The notes: generated from the letters alone by a model not told the origin. A stretch of 48,511 nucleotides of DNA from Lysobacterales bacterium (GCA_020442545.1 JAGRJX010000052.1:1-48511), one strand, 5' to 3'; shown: positions 29,197 to 38,743, numbered from the stretch's first letter. Made by a program: numbers and translations.

Positions 29197-29835
29197 TCAG
29201 CCGTTACCCGCCGCCGCTTCCTGCGCCGCATTCCACTCGGCATCCTTGGCCGCGGCACGCTGCACGGCAGGACGCGCCTGATAGCGTTCGACATAGGCGA
29301 CAACGGCCGGCGTCTTCTCCACCAGGCCAAAGCCGGTCAACCAGCTGAGCGCCGCGCCCCACAGCACGTCGACGGCGCTGAAGCGCTCGCCCAGCAGCCA
29401 CGGGCCCTTGGCCAGCTGCTGGTTCACCACCGCCATCACCGTGTCGTAGTTGGCGTAGGGCGAGGTGGCTCGTGCAGCGGGCTCGCGCTTCATCGCCTTG
29501 TCGATCACTGCCGGCTCGATACTGCAGCCGTAGAAAGCCATCCAGCGCAGGTAGGGGCCGCGATCCGGATCGCCGATGGCGGGTGCCAAGCCAGCGTCGG
29601 CGAAATGGTCGGCGAGGAACAGGTACACCGCCACCTGCTCGGTGACCACCGCGTCGCCCTGGCGGATCGTCGGCACCTTGCCCATCGGGTTGATGGCAAG
29701 GAAGTCCTCGCGGCTCTGGTCGCCGGCCTTGATGCTCATCAGCTTCAGGTCGTAGTCGGCACCCAGCTCCTCCATCAGCGCGAGGACGCCGGAGGAACGG
29801 GTATGCGGTGCGTGGAAGAACTCGATGCGGGACAT
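29197..29835 (-). CDS. Glutathione S-transferase family protein
   Basis: 212 aa with a thioredoxin-like N-domain (INPMGKVPTI) and a helical C-domain. Typical GST length. Confidence 0.82.
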   Translation of the reverse strand: MSRIEFFHAPHTRSSGVLALMEELGADYDLKLMSIKAGDQSREDFLAINPMGKVPTIRQGDAVVTEQVAVYLFLADHFADAGLAPAIGDPDRGPYLRWMAFYGCSIEPAVIDKAMKREPAARATSPYANYDTVMAVVNQQLAKGPWLLGERFSAVDVLWGAALSWLTGFGLVEKTPAVVAYVERYQARPAVQRAAAKDAEWNAAQEAAAGNG

Positions 29836-29839
29836 GGCT

Positions 29840-30316
29840 TTACTCGCTACTCATGAAGATTTCGGGATACGCATAGACGCTGCGACGTGCGGAAATTTGC
29901 AGCCCACTCGCAATCTGATGCCACTCAAACTGTTCGGCGAAACCATCATCGTTGCTGGCATACCAAGGAACCCGAACGCCGCGCCCATCTGGAGACAAGT
30001 ATGTGGTGTCCGCTTACCCTTCCATTGGCAGTAACACGCTGCTCGCTGCGGCCAGACGAATATCCGCCACTTCGTCAAACAACGGAATGTCCGAATGCCA
30101 AGCGAAGGGCGCTGTGCAATCGACGGGAGCCGGTGGTGGCGGAGGCACCTGCTCGTCCGCAGCGAATGACGCCCGCAAACCCGCGTGACCTGACTCATCG
30201 GTAGAAGGGTCTGATGCAAAACGAGCACCCGAGGCAATCAGCACGGTCAATGTTAATGCAGAAGATACCAACGCCATCACGATGGAACGACCGATTCTTG
30301 AAAGTGCAGCTATCAC
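29840..30316 (-). pseudogene. Hypothetical exported protein ORF interrupted by one in-frame TAA (30014-30016)
   Basis: The 100-codon ORF has a signal/TM-like N-terminus (MALVSSALTLTVLIASGA) and a PPPPP stretch, and ends at TAA. My manual translation stays open in the same frame for 59 more codons (ADTTYLSPDGRGVRVPWYASNDDGFAEQFEWHQIASGLQISARRSVYAYPEIFMSSE). That frame ends at TAA 29840-29842, 4 nt before the GST ATG. Confidence 0.45.
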
Positions 30317-30386
30317 GCAGTCACCCGCTTCAGCATGGCAACGCCTGGCACTGCCGTGACCCGCTCAGTGGACATCGCTGACCAGC

Positions 30387-30656
30387 CTACGCCGCGTGCA
30401 GCTCTTCGCGGATCACCTGCCGCAGTGCATCGAGGGTGATCGGACTGCCGCCACTCGCGAGATATTCGCGCAATACGCGGTTGATTTCGGTCTGGTAGCC
30501 GGTGCCGGCGGCATCGGCCTTGTGACGGAACAGCTCGATGATGTCGTCATCGAGCATGATGGTGATGCGCGTCTTGCCAGGTGACGGCACCACCGCGCCA
30601 CGCTTGCCTTTTGAGAAGTCATATTCGCTACGCATGGTATTGCTCCGTTTCGCCAC
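30387..30656 (-). CDS. brnA: BrnA-family antitoxin (type II TA)
   Basis: Contains SEYDFSKGKRG...RITIMLDDDIIELF...GTGYQTEINRVLREYL, the BrnA hallmark pattern. Overlaps the 3' end of brnT. Alternative start at 30635. Confidence 0.85.
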   Translation of the reverse strand: MAKRSNTMRSEYDFSKGKRGAVVPSPGKTRITIMLDDDIIELFRHKADAAGTGYQTEINRVLREYLASGGSPITLDALRQVIREELHAA

Positions 30657-30894
30657 GGCTGGCCTTGCGAGCGGAAATCAGTCGCGTCCGCTCTCCGCGA
30701 ATGGTGTGGACGACAACCAGAACCCGGCCCAATGCGTCCATGCCGAGTGTGATCATTCGACGTTCGCCTTCGGCATCTGGGTCTTCGATGGTGAGTGCGT
30801 TGCTGTCGCGTAAGGCCTGCTCTGCGTGGGCAAAACTCACCCGGTGCTTTTTCAGATTTGACGCTGCCTTGCCGGGATCGAATTCGACTTCCAC
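30628..30894 (-). CDS. brnT: BrnT-family ribonuclease toxin (DUF497, type II TA)
   Basis: Contains EFDPGKAASNLKKHRVSFAHAEQAL...DPDAEGERRMITLG...RLISARKASRGE, the DUF497 pattern. GTG start with an in-frame TAA 7 codons upstream. Confidence 0.85.
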   Translation of the reverse strand: MEVEFDPGKAASNLKKHRVSFAHAEQALRDSNALTIEDPDAEGERRMITLGMDALGRVLVVVHTIRGERTRLISARKASRGETEQYHA

Positions 30895-30900
30895 GGAATC

Positions 30901-30924
30901 AATATGTATTTAATGCATATTATA
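30901..30924 (-). promoter_or_regulatory. Putative brnTA promoter -10 box with overlapping operator-like inverted repeat
   Basis: The minus strand reads TATAAT (30924-30919), 24 nt upstream of the GTG start. The inverted repeat AATATG-N9-CATATT (30901-30921) overlaps it. This is the most AT-rich stretch in the window. Confidence 0.4.
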
Positions 30925-30956
30925 CTCAAGCCGTAGTGAGTGGGATGTGGTGAGCT

Positions 30957-31012
30957 TGCAAACCGCATCGCTCGCGATTTGTACGCGGTATCGATGCGGT
31001 TTGCACCGCATC
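30957..31012. other. Three mutually complementary segments forming alternative hairpins
   Basis: tgcaaaccgcatcg (30957-30970) is perfectly complementary to cgatgcggtttgca (30992-31005). The gatgcggt part of the latter can also pair with accgcatc (31005-31012). Confidence 0.6.
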
Positions 31013-31032
31013 CTACAAGGTAAATCAGGATG

Positions 31033-31782
31033 TTAGGTGGAGCCGGGTGTTTTCAGGCTCAACGCCGACAACGCACGACCGAACTCGATATCCAGCGGCG
31101 CTTCGACGTCGATGCGGCGGCCATCCAACGGGTGATTGAACCCCAGCCGCCAGGCATGCAGCAGCATGCGGTGGACGCCGAGCATGCGGAAGACGCGGTT
31201 GTGGCGACCGTCGCCGTGGCTGGTGTCGCCGATCAGGTGGTGGCTGATGTGCTTCAAATGCCGGCGGATCTGCCGGTAGCGGCCGGTTTCCGGCTGGCAT
31301 TCGAGCAGCGCGTAGCGCGCCGTCGGGTGTGCACCGACGGCAACGTCGATCTCGGCGCGCCCCAGCGTTTTGTAGCAGGTACGCGCCTCGCGCTTTTCCG
31401 GCTTGCCGGGTCCACCGTCGATAGGATGGTCGATCAGCGCATCGGGCGGTTCCGGCCAGCCGCGCACCACGGCGAGATAGGACTTCGCCACCTCGCGCGA
31501 CATGAAGGCTTCACCCAGTGTCGAAACGCTGTCCTTGTCCAGCGCCAGCAGTACGCAGCCGCTGGTGGCGCGGTCGATACGATGGGCGAGATGGGCCGGC
31601 TGACCCAATGTCTCGCGCAGCCAGTCGACCAGGTAGCCGTCATCGCGGCCAACCAGCCGTGAGCGATGCACCGCCATGCCGGCCGGCTTGTTCACCACCA
31701 CGATGTGATCGTCGCGGTACAGGATCGCGGGCTGGTTCGGCGCGTTCCTGAACCTGCAAGCTGAAGATTGGAGTTCGTTCAT
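31033..31782 (-). CDS. truC: RluA-family pseudouridine synthase, TruC-like (tRNA pseudouridine65)
   Basis: Colinear with E. coli TruC as I recall it: VVNKPAGMAVHRS, catalytic HRIDRATSGCVLLA, YLAVVRGW, ETGRYRQIRRHLKHISHHLIGDTSHGD and RMLLHA. Confidence 0.75.
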   Translation of the reverse strand: MNELQSSACRFRNAPNQPAILYRDDHIVVVNKPAGMAVHRSRLVGRDDGYLVDWLRETLGQPAHLAHRIDRATSGCVLLALDKDSVSTLGEAFMSREVAKSYLAVVRGWPEPPDALIDHPIDGGPGKPEKREARTCYKTLGRAEIDVAVGAHPTARYALLECQPETGRYRQIRRHLKHISHHLIGDTSHGDGRHNRVFRMLGVHRMLLHAWRLGFNHPLDGRRIDVEAPLDIEFGRALSALSLKTPGST

Positions 31783-31863
31783 GGTTCGACAGGCTCACCA
31801 CGAACGGCAGTGGCATTGAAGCGGCTCAAACTTCTCCTGATCGCATCGATGGTCACAGCGTGA

Positions 31864-33522
31864 TCAGCGACCGCTGCGCGGCCAGGCGGCGATCAGTGCG
31901 CCGATGCCGCCGATGCCGGCAATCCACGCCGCGGCGGGCAGGCCCAGCAAGCTCGGTCCGCCGGCTTCGAGCCCGTACAGCACCGAGGCGACGATCAGCA
32001 GGCCGACGCCGAGGATGGCGAACACGGTCTGCCGCTGGCCGGTGTGGCTGACGTCGGCGAGGCGCTTGAGGTCGTCGCTGGACAGGCGCAGGTGGGCGGT
32101 GCCGGTGGTGGCCTGCTTCAGATAATCGTGCAGCAGTTGCGGCATGTCGGGCGCGGCGGCCAGCCACGACGGCATCCGCTCGCGGATCATCTTCGCCACG
32201 GCCTGCGGGCTGCGCTTCTGGCGCAGGATGTCGGCCAGCACCGGTTTGGCCGTGGCCCAGATGTCGATGTCCGGGTCAAGCAGTCGACCGAGACCTTCGA
32301 TATTGAGCAGCGTTTTCTGCAGCAGGATCAACTGCGGCTGGATGGTGAGCTGGAACTGCCGCGACACCTTGAACAGCTTCAGCAGCACTTCGCCCAGCGC
32401 GATCTGCGACAGCGGACGGGTGAAGTACGGTTCGCAGACGGTGCGCACGGCGGCTTCGAGTTCGTCCAGACGCAGCGTTGCCGGCATCCAGCCGGCTTCG
32501 ATGTGCAGCTCGGCAATGCGTCGGTAGTTCTGCTCGAACATGGCGGTGAAGTTTTCCGCCAGGTAGTAGCGGTCGACATCCGGCAGCGAGCCCATGATGC
32601 CGAAGTCCAGCGCGATGAAGCGCGGGTTTTCAGGCCGCGTGGCGTCGACCCAGATGTTGCCGGGGTGCGCGTCTGCGTGAAAGAAGTTGTCGCGGAACAC
32701 CTGCTGGTAAAAGACTTGCACGCCTTTCGCAGCGAGCTTCTTGCGGTCGATACCGGCAGCGTCGATGGCTTCGATGTCATCCGAGGAAATGCCGCGCACG
32801 CGCTCCATGGTCAGCACTTTCTCGGTGCTGTGCGACCAGAACACCTCGGGCACATAGAGGTCGTCGGAGCCGAGGAAGTTGCGGCGCAGCAGCGAGGCAT
32901 TGGCGCCTTCACGCTGCAGGTCGAGTTCGTGGGTCAGCGAGCGTTCGATCTCGGCGACGATTTCCGCCGGGCGCGTGAGCGTGGGGTCCGGGCCAACCTT
33001 TTCGGCCAGTTTGGCCAGCGCGCGCAGCAGACTGAGGTCGTCCTTGATGCGCTCGTGAACACGCGGACGCAACACCTTGACCACCACGTCGCGACCGTCG
33101 GGCAATTCTGCCGCATGCACCTGCGCAATGGATGCCGAAGCCAGCGGCTGCATATCAAAGCGCGCGTAGGCTTTGGACACCGGCTGTTCCAGCTCGGCTT
33201 CGATCAGCGCCTTGGCTTCCTCGCCGGGGAACGGCGCCACCTGGTCCTGCAGGAAGCTCAGCTCGTCGGCGATGTCCGGTGGCAGCAGGTCGCGACGCGT
33301 GGAGAGAATCTGCCCGAACTTGACGAAGATCGGACCGAGATCCTGCAACGCCAGCTTCAGTCGCGCACCGCGCGAAAGTTCAGCGATATCGCGTCGTGCC
33401 CTGGGCACGAAGGGCTTGAGGATCGACAGCCAGCGCGCCAGCGGCGTGTCGTCAAGCAGGGCGTCGAGACGATAGCGCAGCAGCACCCGCAGGATGCCGA
33501 GGATGCGCAGCGGCAGCCTCAT
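31864..33522 (-). CDS. ubiB: Ubiquinone biosynthesis protein kinase-like UbiB (ABC1 family)
   Basis: Contains [24 protein letters not shown] and [12 protein letters not shown], with two C-terminal TM helices. ATGA-type 4-nt overlap with ubiJ. Confidence 0.92.
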   Translation of the reverse strand: MRLPLRILGILRVLLRYRLDALLDDTPLARWLSILKPFVPRARRDIAELSRGARLKLALQDLGPIFVKFGQILSTRRDLLPPDIADELSFLQDQVAPFPGEEAKALIEAELEQPVSKAYARFDMQPLASASIAQVHAAELPDGRDVVVKVLRPRVHERIKDDLSLLRALAKLAEKVGPDPTLTRPAEIVAEIERSLTHELDLQREGANASLLRRNFLGSDDLYVPEVFWSHSTEKVLTMERVRGISSDDIEAIDAAGIDRKKLAAKGVQVFYQQVFRDNFFHADAHPGNIWVDATRPENPRFIALDFGIMGSLPDVDRYYLAENFTAMFEQNYRRIAELHIEAGWMPATLRLDELEAAVRTVCEPYFTRPLSQIALGEVLLKLFKVSRQFQLTIQPQLILLQKTLLNIEGLGRLLDPDIDIWATAKPVLADILRQKRSPQAVAKMIRERMPSWLAAAPDMPQLLHDYLKQATTGTAHLRLSSDDLKRLADVSHTGQRQTVFAILGVGLLIVASVLYGLEAGGPSLLGLPAAAWIAGIGGIGALIAAWPRSGR

Positions 33523-34187
33523 GCGTCGGACTCCGTTGCTGCTTTTCCAGGCAAACGTGCAGTCAGCCGTTTGATGCGCGCTTCGAGGCGATCACTGTCA
33601 CCGCGCAGCTTGTCGACGGCGTCGTTGAAGTCCTCGATTTCGATCCTGTGCGCGAGGTCGCGGCTTTCCTCCGTGAGGTAATCGACCACGTCACGGGTGA
33701 AGTGGCCGCCCTGACGCTGGCCCCAGCGCAGTGCGTCGCGCAGTCCCTTGGCGACCTGCACGCCGATCACTTCACCGAAGACGTCGACGAAGGGCTGCTG
33801 CCAGTCGGGATCGAAACCCTGCGCCAGTTTCTGCAGGCGTTGCGCCAGCTCGGCATCGCCGTTCACGCGCAGCTTGCCGCTGGGCGAACGCCTGTCACCA
33901 TCCGGCAGCAATCGCGACACCACCGCGCCAAGGCTGGCGCTGATATCGAGATCGGATTCGTCGTCGGTCGGCGGACCCACGCGAAGCCGTTCGCCCTCAA
34001 TCCGGATACTCAATGCGATCGGCGGATTGAGCAGCTTGAGGCCGACGCGCTGGCCGTCGAGTCTCGCCAGTCCGTTGGCCGCTTCCGGGTCCAGCGCCAG
34101 CGCCCGATTCAGCGCTCGCTCCAGCGTCGCGCCGAACAGACGGCGCAGCGGCGGGGGAATCAGGGCGTTGGTGGCTGTATTGGTCAT
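33519..34187 (-). CDS. ubiJ: Ubiquinone biosynthesis accessory factor UbiJ (SCP2 domain)
   Basis: 222 aa immediately upstream of and overlapping ubiB. SCP2-like N-half ([31 protein letters not shown]) and a coiled C-terminus. Confidence 0.8.
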   Translation of the reverse strand: MTNTATNALIPPPLRRLFGATLERALNRALALDPEAANGLARLDGQRVGLKLLNPPIALSIRIEGERLRVGPPTDDESDLDISASLGAVVSRLLPDGDRRSPSGKLRVNGDAELAQRLQKLAQGFDPDWQQPFVDVFGEVIGVQVAKGLRDALRWGQRQGGHFTRDVVDYLTEESRDLAHRIEIEDFNDAVDKLRGDSDRLEARIKRLTARLPGKAATESDA

Positions 34188-34213
34188 GGTCGATGGATAC
34201 CGGGGCTGACAGG

Positions 34214-35164
34214 CTAGTTTACAGGCCCGTTGTAGACATCCTGGTCATCGGGCTGCTTCTTGAATCGCCGGTGGATCCACAGGTACTGCTCAGGAGCGGC
34301 GCGGACCATGGCTTCGATCTCGGCCATGACGCGGGCGGTATCGGCCCGGGCGTCCTTCGACGGGAAATCCGGAAGCGCTGGCGTCAGGCGCAAGCGGTAG
34401 CCACGACCGTCTGCTGTACGCTGATGATGGAAGGCGATGACTTTGGCGCCGGAGAGGCGTGCAAGCTGATGCGGCGAGGTCAGGCTCCAGGCCGGACGAC
34501 CGAAGAAGGGCACGAAAACGCTGTCACCGCGTCGGGTTTCCTGATCGGGCGCGAACCAGAGAATCCCGCCGTCCCTGAGGTGTTTGATCGCCGGACGCAG
34601 TGCGTCACGCGGGTACATGGCCGGCGCGTAGCGCAGGCGCCCACGGCGCACTGCCCACTCAAGAACGGGCTGGCCGTGCGGACGATACATACCGGCAACC
34701 GGCGCATGCTCGCAAAGCAGGCGGCCGCACACTTCCAGCGTGACGAAATGCCCGGACAGCAGGATCACGCCCTTGCCCTCAGCCAGCGCGGCTCTCAGGT
34801 GCTCCAGCCCTTCGACATCCGTGTGCCGGCGAACCGCGTCGATGCTGCCCCACCACGCTCGGATGAACTCGAACAGCCCGATCCCGAGGTTGGCAAAGCT
34901 CTCGCGCAGCAGGCGCTGCCGCTGAGGTGGCGGCAGAGCAGGCAAGCACAGTTCGAGGTTTCGCGCGGCCACGCGCCGACGCGACGGCAGCAGGCGATAC
35001 AGCAGCCAGCCCAGACCTCGACCGATGGCGCGCTGCCACAGCCACGGCAGATGCGCGAGCAGCAGTGCCGGCAGCAAGAGCAGCCACTGCGGCCAGCTCG
35101 CCGGGCCGCGTGGCGGCGTCCCTGGCAAGCCGGGGTTGATGGTCGGTCGGGCGGTGTCGTTCAC
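34214..35164 (-). CDS. lpxL: Lipid A biosynthesis lauroyl/myristoyl acyltransferase (LpxL/HtrB family)
   Basis: N-terminal TM segment, ILLSGHFVTLE (HX4E-type active site region), and a length of about 310 aa. Divergent from waaA. Confidence 0.82.
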   Translation of the reverse strand: MNDTARPTINPGLPGTPPRGPASWPQWLLLLPALLLAHLPWLWQRAIGRGLGWLLYRLLPSRRRVAARNLELCLPALPPPQRQRLLRESFANLGIGLFEFIRAWWGSIDAVRRHTDVEGLEHLRAALAEGKGVILLSGHFVTLEVCGRLLCEHAPVAGMYRPHGQPVLEWAVRRGRLRYAPAMYPRDALRPAIKHLRDGGILWFAPDQETRRGDSVFVPFFGRPAWSLTSPHQLARLSGAKVIAFHHQRTADGRGYRLRLTPALPDFPSKDARADTARVMAEIEAMVRAAPEQYLWIHRRFKKQPDDQDVYNGPVN

Positions 35165-35268
35165 CGGCGCATTCTATCGACTGCGCCCATGTCGCGATGG
35201 CCCCGCGGTTTCCGGTCGACGATAACCGCTATCCTTCACGGATGCTGAGACGGAGCGGGCGCGCGCTG

Positions 35269-36546
35269 ATGCGCGTGATCTACAACCTGACCATGTACGT
35301 GCTGACGCCGGTGATCCTGTATCGCCTGGCGATACGCGGCCTTCGCCATCGTGGCTACCTGTCGCGCTGGGCCGAGCGTTTCGGCTTTTTCCCCGATCCC
35401 GGCCTGAAGGAAAGCCTTTGGGTACATGCGGTCAGCGTGGGCGAGGTGAATGCCGCCGCACCGATGATCGACGTGTTGCGCGAGCGCTACCCGCAGTATC
35501 CGGTGGTGGTGACCACGGTGACGCCGACCGGCTCGGACCGCGTGCGTCGCATCTGGGGCGACAGCGTGTTCCATGTCTATCTCCCCTACGACCTGCCGGC
35601 CTCGATCCGCCGTTTTCTGAAGCGTGTGCGACCGAAGCTGGCCATCATCATGGAAACCGAGATCTGGCCCAACCTGTTCTTTTGCTGCCATGAGCGCGGA
35701 CTGCCCGTCGTGGTGGCCAATGCGCGTCTGTCCGAGCGCTCGCTGCGTGGCTATGGCCCGGTGCGACCACTGGCGCGAATGGCGATCCGCTGCGCTGAAT
35801 GGGTGGCGGCACAATCGCAGCAGGACGCCGAACGCCTGATCGAGCTGGGCGCGGACCGGTCGCGGGTGATCATCGCCGGCAACCTCAAGTACGACATGGA
35901 TGTGCCGGAATTCCTTGATGAACAGGCTCGTGACTGGCGCGAAGCCTGGGGCGAGCGGCGACCGGTGTGGATTGCCGCCAGCACTCACGAAGGCGAGGAA
36001 GAAAAGGTCATTGACGCGCACAGTCGCGTGCTGCGGCGCTTTCCCGACGCCTTGCTGCTGATCGCGCCGCGCCATCCGGAGCGCTTCCGCCCGGTGCTGC
36101 AGCTGTGCCGGCAGATGGGCTTCCGCACCAGCTGTCGAAGCGAGGACGGGCTGGCCTCTGCGGACAGCCAGTGCTTCGTCATCGATACCCTGGGCGAGCT
36201 GCTGGGTTTCTTCGCGGCGTCGGATGTCGCCTTCGTCGGCGGCAGCTTCACCACGATTGGTGGCCACAACGTGCTGGAGCCGGCGGCGCTGGGCGTGCCG
36301 GTACTGGTCGGTCCGCACACCTTCAACTTCACCGAAGTGACCGACCTGCTGATGGAAAGTGGCGCCTGCCTGCGCGTCGCGGATGACGCGGAGCTTGCAC
36401 GAACGGTGGAAAGCCTGCTGGACGACATGAGCCGCTGCCACCACATGGGAAACCGGGCAAGGGGAACCGTGGAGGCGCAGCGCGGGGCACTGCGACGGAT
36501 CCTGTCGATGCTCAAGAGCCTGCTGGGTCCAAAGACCGCACTCTGA
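35269..36546 (+). CDS. waaA: 3-deoxy-D-manno-octulosonic acid (Kdo) transferase WaaA/KdtA
   Basis: MRVIYNLTMYVLTPVILY N-terminus and the WVHAVSVGEVNAAAPMI motif, with a glycosyltransferase C-half. The track ORF starts at 35197, and an alternative ATG lies at 35242. Confidence 0.88.
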   Translation: MRVIYNLTMYVLTPVILYRLAIRGLRHRGYLSRWAERFGFFPDPGLKESLWVHAVSVGEVNAAAPMIDVLRERYPQYPVVVTTVTPTGSDRVRRIWGDSVFHVYLPYDLPASIRRFLKRVRPKLAIIMETEIWPNLFFCCHERGLPVVVANARLSERSLRGYGPVRPLARMAIRCAEWVAAQSQQDAERLIELGADRSRVIIAGNLKYDMDVPEFLDEQARDWREAWGERRPVWIAASTHEGEEEKVIDAHSRVLRRFPDALLLIAPRHPERFRPVLQLCRQMGFRTSCRSEDGLASADSQCFVIDTLGELLGFFAASDVAFVGGSFTTIGGHNVLEPAALGVPVLVGPHTFNFTEVTDLLMESGACLRVADDAELARTVESLLDDMSRCHHMGNRARGTVEAQRGALRRILSMLKSLLGPKTAL

Positions 36547-36582
36547 CGTCGGGAGTGGCGATGTCGCGCCGGGCCAGGACGA

Positions 36583-36609
36583 CGACGGCCCGCCATTGGC
36601 GGGCCGTCG
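36583..36609. terminator. Perfect GC-rich hairpin between convergent waaA and tolC
   Basis: cgacggcccgcc / att / ggcgggccgtcg, perfectly complementary 12-nt arms. No U-run on either side, so function as a terminator is inferred from position only. Confidence 0.5.
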
Positions 36610-36630
36610 CGTGCCGGGCCGTTGGCGCGG

Positions 36631-38064
36631 TCAATCGTCGAGCGCTTCGGTCTCTGCCGCAGCCAGCGCCGCTTCCGCATTCACGGTCAGGTGCTGATTG
36701 ACGGCCTTGATGTCCTCAACGTCCAAGGTGCCGGCTGCAGCCTTCAGGTTGAGCGTGTTCACCAGGAAGTCGTGGCGGGCTCGCGACAGCTCGCGCTGCG
36801 CGGTGTACAGCTGCTGCTGGCTTTGCAGCACATCGACAATCGTCCGGGTACCGACCTCGAAGCCGGCCTCGGTCGCATCCAGCGCGCTCTGCGCGGAGAC
36901 CACCGACTGCGTGCGTGCATCGATGCTGCTGATGCCGGCGATCAACGCTCGGTAGGCGCTGCGGGTCTGTCGGGTCACCGCACGACGCTGCTGCACCAGC
37001 TGGTCTTCCACCGCATCGCGGGTATAAACGGCCTGCCGCACCCGGGAGCGGGTGGCAAGACCGCTGAATATCGGCACATTGAGACTGATGCCGATGCTCG
37101 GACCATCGGTCAGACTGTTGGCCGGGAAGCTCAGCCCATTCGACGTGAAGCTGCCCCAGCTGGCACCGTCGCTGTAGCCGACCTGTGCGCTGAGCGTAGG
37201 CAGGTGACCGGCGCGGGCGGTGCCGATGTCCTCATTGGCGGCAATAACCGCCAACTCCCGCGCCTGCAGCACGGGATTGCTCTCCAGCGCTTCGGCTACC
37301 CAGGCATCAATCTTCTCCGGCTGCGGCAATGCCGGCTGGAAACTGGACTCCAGACCCTGAATGTTCTCCATCCAGGTACCGGTGATCTCGGACAGTGCTT
37401 CGCGCGCGTCGTCCAGTGCGTTTTCGGCGGCAATCACGTTGGCGCGGGCGCTGTCATGGCGGGCTCGGGCCTCGTGCACGTCGGTGATCGCGGTCAGTCC
37501 AACTTCGTAGCGCTGCTCGGCCTGGTCAAGCTGGCGCTTGACTGCGCGCTGCTCGGCGCGCGAAAGCACCACGCTGTCGATGCCGGTCAACACGTTGAAA
37601 TAGGCCTGTGCCGTACGCGTGATCAGCCCATCCAGCGCGGCCTCGTACTCGGCCGACGACTGATCGGCGCGCGCACGACTGGCCTTGAGCCGGGTGTAGT
37701 TGGAGTGGTCATACAGACTCTGCCGCAGATCGATGCTGTAGTTGCGCGAGCGGGTATCGCTGTTGCTGGTGCTGAGACCGAAGCCGACCGTACCGTCCTC
37801 ATTCGGCACCGTGGAGATTCGCGTGCTGTCACTGTCACTGTCGGAAATCGATGCCGACGCACTGATCTGCGGCAGTAGCGCGGCCCGCGACTGCACCACA
37901 CCTTCGCCCTGCGCAAGCTTCTGCGACTCGGCGGCGCCCAGCTGGGGGTCGCTGTCGCGCGCCATGCGGTAAGCGTCCATCAGGTCGGACGCGGCGGCCG
38001 GGCTCGACGCGCCAGCGGCGGTCAGGGCCAGGGCGAGGGCAAGGCTGAGGGGACGAAGGGTCAT
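36631..38064 (-). CDS. tolC: Outer membrane channel TolC
   Basis: Signal peptide MTLRPLSLALALALTAAGASSPAAA. Two OEP repeats (DLMDAYRMARDSDPQLGAAES...; ...VEDQLVQQRRAVTRQTRSAYRAL). About 477 aa from the ATG at 38064. Confidence 0.88.
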   Translation of the reverse strand: MTLRPLSLALALALTAAGASSPAAASDLMDAYRMARDSDPQLGAAESQKLAQGEGVVQSRAALLPQISASASISDSDSDSTRISTVPNEDGTVGFGLSTSNSDTRSRNYSIDLRQSLYDHSNYTRLKASRARADQSSAEYEAALDGLITRTAQAYFNVLTGIDSVVLSRAEQRAVKRQLDQAEQRYEVGLTAITDVHEARARHDSARANVIAAENALDDAREALSEITGTWMENIQGLESSFQPALPQPEKIDAWVAEALESNPVLQARELAVIAANEDIGTARAGHLPTLSAQVGYSDGASWGSFTSNGLSFPANSLTDGPSIGISLNVPIFSGLATRSRVRQAVYTRDAVEDQLVQQRRAVTRQTRSAYRALIAGISSIDARTQSVVSAQSALDATEAGFEVGTRTIVDVLQSQQQLYTAQRELSRARHDFLVNTLNLKAAAGTLDVEDIKAVNQHLTVNAEAALAAAETEALDD

Positions 38065-38086
38065 GGTGTGTCCTTGGTTCAAGTCG

Positions 38087-38743
38087 TTACAAAGTGAAGC
38101 GCGCCACCGGCGCGGCTCCATGGAGGTACGGAATATCGGTTTCGAACAGGCTTTCTTCCTGCCAGCGCTCTTCATCGGTGCGCGTCACCAGCACGGCTTC
38201 CATCACCGGCGACCGGCCACGCACCACGAACAGACGTCCACCCGGACGCAGCCACTCGCGAAAACGTGACGGGATCTCCGCCACCGCGCCGGACACCACC
38301 ACGGCATCGAACTGGCGACCCGGCTCGAAGTCCAGTGCGTCCGCCTCGGCAAGGCGCAGGTTGCTCATGCCCACCTGCTCGGCGCGGCTGCGTGCACGCT
38401 CGACAAAGTCCGCATGGATGTCGATGCTGACCACCGCTCGCGCCAGTTTCGCCAGGCAGGTGCTGAGGTAGCCGCTACCGGTCCCGACCTCCAGCACTTC
38501 CTCGTGCTCGTCCAGATCCAGCGCCTGCAGCAGACGGCCTTCGACCACGGGCTTCAGCATCACCTCAGCATGTTCCAGCGGCAGGGCAAGATCGGCATAG
38601 GCCAGCTTGCGATGGCGTGGCGCCACGAAGTCCTCGCGATTGACCGCAGCCAGTACGTCAAGCACTCGCGGATCCAGCACTTCCCAGGGGCGAACTTGCT
38701 GCTCGACCATGGCATGGCGAGCTTTGTCGAAATCGATGGGCAT
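38087..38743 (-). CDS. Protein-L-isoaspartate O-methyltransferase family protein
   Basis: SAM motif I VLEVGTGSGYLS. 218 aa, lying 22 nt upstream of tolC. I recall this pairing from Xanthomonadaceae. Confidence 0.8.
   Translation of the reverse strand: MPIDFDKARHAMVEQQVRPWEVLDPRVLDVLAAVNREDFVAPRHRKLAYADLALPLEHAEVMLKPVVEGRLLQALDLDEHEEVLEVGTGSGYLSTCLAKLARAVVSIDIHADFVERARSRAEQVGMSNLRLAEADALDFEPGRQFDAVVVSGAVAEIPSRFREWLRPGGRLFVVRGRSPVMEAVLVTRTDEERWQEESLFETDIPYLHGAAPVARFTL

Noticed and set aside
29851-30237. 128-aa minus-strand ORF overlapping the interrupted hypothetical gene in another frame
   Set aside because: Its composition is not protein-like (Cys/Arg/Leu-rich). The alternative frame gives a signal peptide and continues in-frame past a single stop, which explains the region better.
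32044-33681. 545-aa + strand ORF opposite ubiB/ubiJ
   Set aside because: It is antisense to genes with clear family motifs, and I recognise no motifs in it. High-GC shadow ORF.
35236-36444. 402-aa minus-strand ORF opposite waaA
   Set aside because: It is antisense to the Kdo transferase gene, which carries the HAVSVGE-type motif. Its composition is Arg/Ala/His-rich.
36622-37878. 418-aa + strand ORF opposite tolC
   Set aside because: It is antisense to tolC, which has a signal peptide and OEP repeats. Shadow ORF.
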